Shown: one piece after another, positions 1-10,317 of the stretch | Numbering within the stretch: position 1 is the stretch's first letter | Layout of the letters: each line of letters opens with the position of its first letter | Assembly: GCF_032062105.1 (NCBI RefSeq) | Contig: NW_026937626.1 | Coordinates: forward strand, 1-64,000 | From: Saccostrea cucullata | Lineage: Eukaryota | DNA length: 64,000 bases | Direction of reading: 5' to 3' | Position numbers and translations under genes: made by a program | Notes under the pieces: model-generated | What the model saw: the letters and a program-made list of their open reading frames with translations, nothing else | What the model was told of the DNA's origin: nothing | The model's database searches: none

Positions 1-1272
1 TTACTGTATTGTAGCAATAGGAATTTGAATATTTAAAAGTATGGTGTACAATTTTCATCATAATAGTTTGTCCGTGTAGTACCAACTCACAGTAGCGCAT
101 TTGTGTTAGAGTTTTATATTTAATTCAAACAACTGATCTGTGTGTTATGTAGTCTTATCAAAGACGTATACATTATCTTTAAATCTGATAATGAGTGCTA
201 AGTGCATCGATGTAAAGCTACTTGAGCTTGTGAGTTAAACTTATATATTGGAGCAGGTTTCAGACATCCTTATTTTTCCTTATTTCTATGTAGAGACTGT
301 GTGAATAGGCCAACTGTTGTGTCCGCAGAAAAGTTACTCATGGGTCCTAGAGTTCCTCCTCCACCCGGTAGAGTGGAATGCGGCAGATCAACAACCCATT
401 AGGACAAGCAGGAACGGATTTTAGATTTTTGTATATTTATTATAAATAATTATTTGAATTATCTTGGCAAAAGCATTTCATCTATGTTGGATTTATAAAA
501 GATGTAAATCTGGTCGACTATGTGTGACAAAAGCACATCATTTCAATTTTAAGTATAGTGATCAAGCATAAAAAAAGATTACTAAATTTTTAGGTCGTTA
601 TTGCAAATAAAGTGAATATGTTGATAGAGATTACTTGCTAAATTGAATTTTTATACGATTGAAAATATTTTTTTTCTTTCTTTCTGGTTACTATTAAGCA
701 AATAAACAACAATTAAATAGTATATAATATACTTATAATCAGAAGAGGTGACTCTACAAAAAGTAAAACATTCTAGTTTCTAGTTTTACCTTTTCATAAT
801 GTAAGAATCCGAGAGCATTTAAAGTCTTAAAATGAAATAATAGTGTAAAGAAGCATTTGGAGTTAATGCTAAATGTAAACAGCAAACAACATTTTCAACA
901 TATTCAATAAATGATATATATTTTCTAAAAAAATGAATATAACATATTTATATCTATAGTTTTAAGATATGATTTCAGCTATTCTCCTTGTAATTGTATA
1001 TTTTTAGGTGAAATTAAATGATTATAAACAAAAGCTGCTGCTTTTAATTTTTTACATAGTTGATGGGTTACCCTTCAAGAATGGCTGATATATGTATGTC
1101 TTTATCAATAAAATGTTATCTGTCTACTGTTTAAAGAAACATTCTAAAAAGGGTGGATTATTTGCATTAAAATCATTATATTTTACAATAAATGTGGCAT
1201 ATAAGATCGTGTCTTAATGATTTATCAAAAACAAATTGACACCATATGTTGTTGAAATTTACGGACCGTAAA

Positions 1273-1520
1273 ATCATTAATTTTCTTTGTGTTCATTTTG
1301 AAAAGTGTGTCTTGGATTACAGTTTGCCCCTGCAGGATATTGCATAAATAAATACAAGAAAATGGATGAGGTTTGTACTTTGACTTAATATATGTATGAA
1401 AGATCAGACAATGTTCTTTCCCAGACCATTAAATTATTTTCTTTCTGTTCATTTTGAAAAGAGTGTCTTGGATTACAGTCTGCATTTGCAGAATATTGCA
1501 TGAAAAAATACTTCAAAATG
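1273..1520. repeat. Imperfect direct duplication of about 85 bp
   Basis: The block tgttcattttgaaaag(t/a)gtgtcttggattacagt...atattgcat occurs at about 1273-1355 and 1428-1512. Confidence 0.75.
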
Positions 1521-2589
1521 GTTTCTCCTTTTATTTTGTTTCAATTCATTTTTCTTTTAGTTGAAACAATTTGATATTTTTTATGGTTAAGCTTTTGGAT
1601 GTTAATCAAGGGGGTTTATTCCCTGAACGTCTACTCACTATATCAACTTTTTAATTATCTCACTCAATTAAGAGACCCTCTAAGGAGTCCAGGTAGCGCC
1701 TACCTGTGATACCTTGATGTGATTAAATACTTTGATATCTACTGATATAATGTTGTACTCAAGTTCAAGTTCAGTTTACTCACCAAATCTAGAATATTGT
1801 TATACATATGGAGTTTAAAATATGTACCATGAATAAACGTAAGATTTAATGCTTAATATACATGTATGTATTTGGAGGCACTGAATAAATATTTCTTTAT
1901 ATATGATAAATGTTTTTGTTTTTTTTTAAGACCTAAAATTCGAAAAAGAAAATTACTACACAACACATATAAATATTTTTTTTTTTTTGAAAACTTATCA
2001 TTAAAATATTTTCAAAAATCCACATTAATTAGATGTGGGGTGGGAGGATAATTAAAATTCTAAATAACTTTTTAAACAAATAATTTTGTACGTTTCTTGA
2101 CACTTTTTTACTGAAATAAATTATTGGATGTTAGAGTCTAGTTTTATGATGCAAATTAAAAAAATATTTTGAAATTATCTATGTTTATAATATTAATAAT
2201 AAAATTATTGCAGCTTTGAAATCGGGTTTAAACGTAATTTTAAAACAATCTAAAGCAAAATTCATTTTGATAAGATACATGTATATTGGAAAGAAAATAT
2301 TGATAATTTTTTTTTATAAGATATTCTGGTTTAATAAAGAACTTACATGTGTTCATCAAAATTTTATCTAACCGATCTTTAAAACACTATTATGAAAAAT
2401 ATGACTTAAATATAGGGAATAAGGTTGAAATTCTAGAGGACTTATTTTTTTTAAAAGTTTAAAGCTTACCGTTGATAAAGGTATGCTATAAACAGCTACA
2501 TTTAAGAAAAAAAAATCAAGAAAAGTCAGAAAAAGGAGTGTTTTAATTGAAAATAGTGTTTCTAAAGTTTCTCTTTGACAAATCCTCTG

Positions 2590-2977
2590 TAATTATTCTT
2601 TGTGTTCCTAATATTGATTCTGCAAAGATAATTGTAGGATCAGTAAACTTTCTGCCTTATTAACTCAGGAGGTGATATGGACTCAGTCTTTTCTTTTGCA
2701 ATGCATCTACCAAACTTCTCATAATAGAGGTAAGAGGGGAAATGACCAACACAATTGTTTTATCATGAGTTGAACTTAATGCTTGGAACAAAAAAGACGC
2801 CAGCTCAAATGTTAAGGATTTATCACTTCAAGTAGGTGAACAGAAGAAAACACCCATTTTCTTGAAATATTCTTCTAATACTTTTTACTGGTTTAATTTC
2901 AATTCACTAATTGACTTTAATCAATAAGATAATTTACTAAGAGGATAACAAAAATGTGTGCAAATTTTGTCCAACAT
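2590..2977 (-). pseudogene. Decayed RecQ-like SF2 helicase N-terminus, probably from an Academ-type DNA transposon
   Basis: Hand translation gives LKLNQ*KVLEEYFKKMGVFFCSPT*SDKSLTFELAS...TIVLVISPLTSIMRSLVDAL. This matches the Q motif, a degraded Walker A (PTGSGKS) and motif Ia (VISPL.SLM), with in-frame stops and no introns. Confidence 0.7.
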
Positions 2978-3463
2978 TGTAATATTAAAAAAATCTACCA
3001 TAACCATTCATCCCCTGTCAACTATTCAGCGATTCTCCAGCAGCACACTGCATTGCTGTAATATTATCGGCCGTTAATATCTGGTCGGGGAAATTTCCAG
3101 GTTTACAAGTCTCTATGTTTGACATTATCAAAAAGTATGAAAGAGAGCACTAAAACATAGAGACATTAGCAAGTCTACCCCAGTCCAGTACTCCGCCTAG
3201 GTCATTTCCGCCCAGGTCATTTCTCCCCTAGGTCAATTCCATCCATGACCTACGTCATTTCTCTCCACAACCTAGGTCATTTCACACCAACATAAAAAAT
3301 AAAATATAATTAGGTTCATTTGGATAGATATAGGCCCAAAATTTTAGATGATAATAACTTTCATTGTATTAAGATCCATCTCTGCCTAGTATCATGTACT
3401 GATATTTATTTCAATAGATAATTTCTGCATTCTCTATATTGTAACAGGAAAGGAGAAAATGCA

Positions 3464-3537
3464 TGGCTGGACCGGGAATCGAACCCGGGACCCCTGTATC
3501 TCCAGTCAGGTGTTCTACCTACTGAGCTATCCAGGCC
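3464..3537 (-). other. tRNA-like Pol III cassette in LTR copy 1 (not a canonical tRNA gene)
   Basis: GGCCTGGATAGCTCAGTAGGTAGAACACCTGACTGGAGATACAGGGGTCCCGGGTTCGATTCCCGGTCCAGCCA has an A box, a B box and an intact T arm. Acceptor and anticodon stems are imperfect, and a T4 run follows. Confidence 0.8.
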
Positions 3538-3694
3538 GATATCCACGGCCCAAACCATTACATTCCTCCCTCCTTAAATGTTCTTCGCCCTCGAAGACAC
3601 AACCCAAGTTCTTATTGCCCCTGGCAGGACTTTCACCTGCAATTCCAGGGGTGGTCAACGGCACCAAATCTGTTACAGGAAAGGAGAAAATGCA

Positions 3695-3768
3695 TGGCTG
3701 GACCGGGAATCGAACCCGGGACCCCTGTATCTCTAGTCTGGTGCTCTACCAACTGAGCTATCCAGGCC
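3695..3768 (-). other. tRNA-like Pol III cassette in LTR copy 2
   Basis: Same cassette with A box TAGCTCAGTTGG and B box GGTTCGATTCC; 4 substitutions relative to copies 1 and 3. Confidence 0.8.
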
Positions 3769-3909
3769 GATATCCACGGCCCTAACCATTACACTCCTCC
3801 CTCCTTAAAGGTCTTTGGCCCTCCCTGGCTCATCCCTGGCAGGTCTTTCACCTGTCAATTCCAGGGCATGGCACGGCACCAAATCTGTAACAGGAAAGGA
3901 GAAAATGCA

Positions 3910-3983
3910 TGGCTGGACCGGGAATCGAACCCGGGACCCCTGTATCTCCAGTCAGGTGTTCTACCTACTGAGCTATCCAGGCC
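3910..3983 (-). other. tRNA-like Pol III cassette in LTR copy 3
   Basis: Identical by eye to copy 1. Confidence 0.8.
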
Positions 3984-6663
3984 GATATCCACGGCCCAAA
4001 CCATTACATTATGAAAGTATAAGAAATTTATAATTTGGTTTGACCTTAAAAATATGATTTTAATAGTAATTATACTGACTTTTCTGTGAATGTCAAAATA
4101 TGTGAAACGTTTTCTATTTAACTTTAAAACCGAGCAACATTGGAAAAAAATAAAATACATTTAAGCAACATGTTTAATTGAAAAGAATATTTAAATTCAG
4201 TGACCATTATTGAAAGGTTTTACGTGTATTGACATGAACTTTATGATGAAGTACTAATTTGTGGAATCAATTATTTTTATGGAAGTTTATAAAGCTTAAC
4301 AATACTGCACTTCTTCAACAATGGAATAAAATCTTTTTTTCTTAAACTTTAAAAAAAAATGACCCTTCGAAATAAAAAACAAAAAAAAAAAAACAATGCA
4401 CGCTTTTCAGTGACAGTATTTCTTTTTCATCTGATCAGAGATATAAACGACCAACGAATACATAATTATTAGCTATATTTCTGTTCTGTGTAAGTAAGTG
4501 TTTCTATTTAAAAATCAATGACTAATTATACTGGTGAATAATTGCAAAAGACTTCAATGTTTTTAGAAGCTAGTAGCACATTTGAACTTTTCTGAATTTG
4601 TAGAACATCTGCAGAGCTACCCTGCATAATTTACACGCAGTTTTCCCAGTCACCAAGAATTACCCTTGGCTTTTGAAAGGCGAAATAAGAAAGATAGAAA
4701 TACTTTTATCAAGCTTTTTTTTTATCTGAATTAAATAATTTTTTAACACTGTAATCATACAAACTTAATTAATCCATTTCGATGTGCAATTTGAATGTGA
4801 AAATCTGGTCTATTAACTCTCGAAAAAAAAAATAACAATGAAAGGATGTTTTCAAGGGAAAAAAAGGGCCTCTGTTCTATTGATAAGCAAAAAGAAATTA
4901 ACTTCTGGTAGTCCGATCTTCAGGTCCTGAATAGCAAGGTATGAATAATCAAAAATGTTTCTTCTGAATTCTCATAAATACTGATATTTAACCATGGTAT
5001 TTTTTTTGTAAAAAGAATTGTACCCTGCGTATGAATATTTGATACCAGTTGTTAATACCGGCTTTTTTTTCATGTTGTCTAATTGTACTACGTAAACTTT
5101 CACACTAAATTAATTCAACCTTTATATATTTAATTTGAGAAGAAGTCATTTTTACGATGCGGTCTAGTATTGTAATCTTTAAATAATCTTGTCTAGATAG
5201 GACTTGTGGGATCATATTATCTGTAAAGGCAGTCCTGCATGCACAATTAAAGCGTCGCCTGTTGTAATTCAAGATGATGATCTCTTTGTGAAATCATAAT
5301 GGTTATCTGTATCGTATACGTTTCGCGTGATGCAATTAATTTATCCAATATTTTCAATGAACACCGACTTCCAAAGCAGACGAGAAAGTCATAAGGTATT
5401 ATTGTAACGATTAAACGGGGAAATTAACATTTTAAAATTGCCATAATATAGGTAATCCCGATATTTTATTAAGTGTCATAATTTTATAAATATTTCATAG
5501 ATAATAATACATACCCTTTTAATCCAGTCAAACTGTCATAAACCTCAAACAAATTACAACGTAACAGAATTTTTTCTTTATTTATAATTAGTAAATTGTA
5601 TTCTAATTAACATATAAAAACTCTAGAAAAATATATAAAGGCGAAACATGTCTTTTATAGAAATAAATATTTACTAGTTTGAAAAAATATGTATTGCAGA
5701 AATGTGCTACCATATGCAACAAGGTATACAATTTTTACCACTGTAAAAACAAACCTCTTTTCATTTTAAACAAGCATAATACATTTAATAATTCATTTTG
5801 TAAACATTCCAGGATTTATGTTTTCCCTATTTATTGAAGTTGTAAGATTTGAGAATTTTAATTAAATGTGTCTAAATGTAGTGTTAACTTCTCCTTTACT
5901 AGATTATTGAAACATTAGGGGAAATAATTTATGGAGAGTCGTCACTGGTTTTATTGCAACATAAAATATTTTATTATCTAAAAGTTAAACTTTTGTTGTT
6001 TGACTTTGTTTAATGATTTTTTTCTTCTTTAGATTATATTGATTCTATTAGTGAGATCTACTTTACCAGTAAAAATACATGTAATGTACAGTGTATATAA
6101 GAACATCTTTAAAAAATGTTCGGTTGCCCTCTCCCGACTTTCTGACTAAAATGGCCAGTCTCATTTTTTTTATACTTCATATATCTCATCAACAAATATG
6201 TTGAAATTTTCTGGAAAAAGGATTTTACAAAAAATTTTACCCTGAGTCTGGAGAAGCATTATTTGTTTAATAAATTGTTTATTTGCATTAAACAAGCATT
6301 ATTTTAAGGATTTCCTTATTCTTGACCTGTGTGTGTATAATTAGTACTGCAATGGTGCTCATTATGTTAAGTATATTTTACTGTATTTGTAATTTGTAAA
6401 CAAATTTATTAAACATTATGATTCACTTTGATTCTGGTTATTTCTGAATATAACCCTGGAGCCAGGTAGGGTCACATAATTAAATGATTTAATTATTGGG
6501 AAGTCTTCGAAATAGGCCGCATTGTAAGATTCTCATATATTTTGTAAAAACATATCTTTTTATGAAATAGTTTCGTGCATTTCAGCTTTTTAAAAACTAC
6601 GCAATATTTTCAACTTATCCAAATTACAGCAGATTGAGGGATCTTTTTTTCATGGGACTTCTG

Positions 6664-7250
6664 TTTATAGGTCTCATCCAAAGGGCCCAGATCGGTTGAT
6701 AGTATGTTGTTTTACGCCCCGCTCGAGAACTTTTTACTTAAATAAAAATTATTCAAATGCACATGCATATATATGGGAAACGTTATTAAAAATACTATTT
6801 TCCTATCACAATAAGTAGAATACATCATTTAAAACTGCATAGAAAATTTTAATTGTCATGAGAAAGACTCTATGCCATAGATAAATAGCGCTAGTTTGCT
6901 TGATTATTGTTTAACATCCCTCTTGAGAATTTTTCACTACTGTCGAGACGCCACCATGCACTTGCAAGTGGAGAGCTGCAAATTTTGTCCCTTACTTGGA
7001 CCTCAGTTTATAGGCCTCGGTCTCATACAAAGGACCCAGATTGGTCGATTGTGTTGTTTTACGACCCGCTTGAGAACTTTTTACTTTAATAAAAATTTTA
7101 CCATATACCGAAGGGGGGCTTCAAATTTAGACTTTACTCGGTGCTTAGGGCCATTGAGCAGTGATTGTCCTTTATCATGCCAACGACTACATGAAACGCT
7201 CTCATCCTGGAGACCTGCAACGTTTACTTCAAAGTGCCAAGAGCTTAATT
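6664..7250 (-). mobile_element. Cluster of degraded SINE fragments, same family as 9962-10317
   Basis: Reverse complements of the SINE tail (aaaattctc...cgtaaaacaa) at about 6700, 6905 and 7050, and of the body (ctcaatggccctaagcaccgag...tctaaattt) at about 7120-7165. Confidence 0.65.
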
Positions 7251-7781
7251 AGTAAAGTGAATCCCCCCCCCCCCACCACCACACACACACACAATTACAA
7301 AATAAATCCAAAAGATTATAAAAACTAGCAATGGACATTATATTGAATACAATGAGAAGCCATTCAGATACTATATTGAGGTTAACATTTAGGAGAGGAA
7401 CCAGTTCCAGTTTTAAGATAATAATGCATTTTTAGGGATTCCATGGCATCTTCAGTGGATTTTATGATTTTTTCTTTTGTATCTTCAAAAATTCAAATAA
7501 AAGCAATGGGGGTATCTGGCTTTTACGACATTGTTCAGGTTTTACTTAAATATAGATATGACATATTTCGAATGAATGTCCCATGCATATGCATTGCTAT
7601 AAAGGTAGATATGTCGGGGAGAGCCCCCTCCCTCTGAAATTTTTAGAGTTAAAAGGTTCTTCTGGTATGTAATGTCCATGAACCTATCCCCCAGGACTCA
7701 TTAAAATGTCAAGTCATATGCCTTATTAAAATAGACCACCCCATCCCTGAAAGAGGTTTTGAAGTTTGAGGTAATTTTATA

Positions 7782-8209
7782 TAGGGATGAGTATCGCCAA
7801 AAATTTCGTATCACGATATATCACGATTTCTTTTCCAAATTGAAAATATCACAATAATATCATGATATTTTTACAAGCAATTTTTACAATAATTTTAAAT
7901 GACATTATTTTTCTTAAAAATATGCTAGAAAAACAAAATTTAACTTTTTTGAATATTTTATCTATATAAATTTGAACATGTTTGGATGGTAAGGTGCTGT
8001 TCTTTTCACCCTTTACAATTTTTTTTAGACTTTTCCTTAATTATTATTTGAAAGGTTGAATAAATAAATGAATAATTTCTGGACTTTGTGATATGTACCC
8101 AAATACCGGTATTTAAATCTCCACATCACAATACGTATTATCCCCCCCCCCATCCCCACCCACAAAAAAATTGCGATATACCGGTATATCGATAAAATCG
8201 CAAATCCCT
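7782..8209. mobile_element. Degraded MITE with (T)AGGG termini
   Basis: tagggatgagtatcg at the left end and cgataaaatcgcaaatccct at the right, with repeated atcacgatat subterminal motifs. Confidence 0.45.
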
Positions 8210-9961
8210 TTTAATAAATTTATATTAATTATTTATTTCAAATTCTTATTACTTGTACTTTGATGTTTTTTTTTTTTCAAGTGTTGGGATGTTGGGATTG
8301 ACGTTTGTTAAGACCGGCGTGCTATTATGATGTTGAGTATTTGAAATCTGAATATCCCTATTTCTTTGACTTTTGTGATATGTACATATTCAAACAAAAG
8401 CAAACAATTGAATGTGAACCGCTCCCCTTACACGCGGTTGGCAGATTTAGAATTTTTAAATAGTGTTTATATTTGGCTAACTCGAGTTATTAACACGAAT
8501 ACATTTAAAACAGTCTGCGTGAATTTACAAGAGAAGCATGTCCTTCAACTGAATTTTGCAAGGGGATTATATGTGGGTTATTCATTTTTTGTATAAATCG
8601 CAATGAAGAATTGAAAATACCGCTTATTATGTTAATAATTTGAATTAAGAATATTTTCTTAAGATTAAAAAAACACTTGCCCCCAGCACTTTATATGTAC
8701 GAGTCATATAAACCTATAGGGTTTAGCACAGACATATTGTTTGAACATTTTATACTTAGACAATATTAATATTATAATCATTTTTTTGGTTTTTAGCTGT
8801 GAAAATAAAATGATATAAAGGTTTATTAAATCAGAATGTATATTATTAGTGACGCAGATTCGGTGACTTTATAATTGGAAAAAGGACTTTTATTTTGTAA
8901 ACAATTATTATCTTGTCAAAACAAATTGGACTTTGTTGTTGTTCAAATGCACTATAATTTGGTAGATCATTTGGAATGAAATTGATCCGAATAGACCAAT
9001 CAAGCACATCGATAGTAAGTAATAATATTTGAACGGAAATACAATGGTATTATTAAGAGTTTTGACTAAGAGCAATAAAATTGGGAACTTTGAAGTAAAT
9101 AAGTAAAGGAGCTTAAGGCTAGAACTCCTGTGGTGCAGAGATAGGGACTGAGCCCATACATATTAGTAACATGTACTTACCTACATTTGAGGGTGGTGCC
9201 ATGTTGGGGTTCATAGGTCAACGGGCAGACCTACAGACAAAGCGTAGGTGGTTGGTGATGGTAAATTATACAATGAAATGCATTTTTATATCCGGGACCA
9301 TGGATAGCTATTGAGCACAAAATACCCTGTATCAGTCAGGAAAGAGTATTCCTGGTTTTATTCTCAAATTATTACATCTCTTTGGCATTTTATTATTTTG
9401 GGAATCATTCTTTTGGACTTTTGTTTATCTGTTTATTTGGAGTTCGGTCTTAAACTCTTTATATTTTGGACGGACCCTTTGAAAACATATATATAAAATG
9501 TGTATTGGTCTTTTCTGATCATATTTCAGAAACGAATATTTCTAAAACTATACGATCACGGAAAAATTGTAAATTGGATTTGTTTAATAAACTTTTGAAA
9601 TCGACACAAGTGTCCATTGGCTTACAGTCAACACGATGAATTGATGTATGTAAGAAACTTTTTACAAGCATTGCAACATTTAAAAATATCAATAAAAATC
9701 CCTCAGTGATAAACAGTCATGTGACATCACAAAAATGCTTGATCATAATACCTGTTCAACTCTTGTCACAATTTGAATGCAAATTGAAACAAGGATTACA
9801 TAAAAAAAAGTTTGAATCTAGCTAAAAATAAAATGTTTATTTCCAATACATTTTAAATGCTCAGACTGCCATATCATAACTGCATACTTCTTTTTTTCAT
9901 TTCTCTTTAACAAGAGAAATTAATGTACCTTATATGAAATTATTTCGACATTGTAAACCAT

Positions 9962-10247
9962 ACCGGTTACGGTAGCCTAGTGGTAGAGCGTTCGCTTCGT
10001 GATCGGGAGGCCCGGGTTCGATTCTCGTTCACGGCGCCGCGTCATACCTAAGACGTAAACAAAGGTAGTGACTGTTCCTTCGACAAGCGCTCGGCACTAG
10101 AAGTGAAAGTCACGGGTCTTTCGGATATGACCTTAAAAACTTAGGTCCCATGTCACGGTAGGCGCTAGCACGATAACGAACCCTAACTACTCAATGGCCC
10201 TGAGTGCCGAGTATAGGTCTAAATTTTAAGCCCTTCGCCGGCATACA

Positions 10248-10283
<36 letters not shown>

Positions 10284-10317
10284 TACGTTAAACAATATAC
10301 AATCAATCAATCAATCA
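9962..10317 (+). mobile_element. Full-length tRNA-derived SINE with a Meta- and Deu-like body and an (AATC)n tail
   Basis: A box TAGCCTAGTGG, B box GGTTCGATTC, body cggatatgaccttaaaaac...tcaatggccctgagtgccgag. TSD acattgtaaac at 9948-9958 and 10318-10328. The paralogous site at about 18781 is empty. Confidence 0.9.

Larger units (their letters stand above)
3440..4008 (-). mobile_element. Tandem three-LTR TRIM (non-autonomous LTR retrotransposon) with tRNA-derived LTRs, Helenus/Cassandra-like
   Basis: 123-bp repeats with TGT...ACA termini at 3440-3562, 3671-3793 and 3886-4008. On the minus strand each internal segment starts with gattTGGTGCCGT (PBS, tRNA-His 3' end) and ends with AAGGAGGGAGGA(A/G) (PPT) abutting the next LTR. 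Confidence 0.88.

Noticed and set aside
335-410. Possible HDV-like ribozyme (gtccta/taggac pairing, cctcctc loop)
   Set aside because: I could not place a J4/2 catalytic C or a full P1 helix; the pairing may be chance.
3464-3983. Cluster of three functional tRNA genes
   Set aside because: Acceptor and anticodon stems are imperfect, the anticodon varies between copies (GGA/AGA) with no Ser-type long arm, and each sits inside an LTR.
3459-4160. ORFs MHGWTGNRTRDP... and the antisense ORF
   Set aside because: These are translations of the TRIM repeats.
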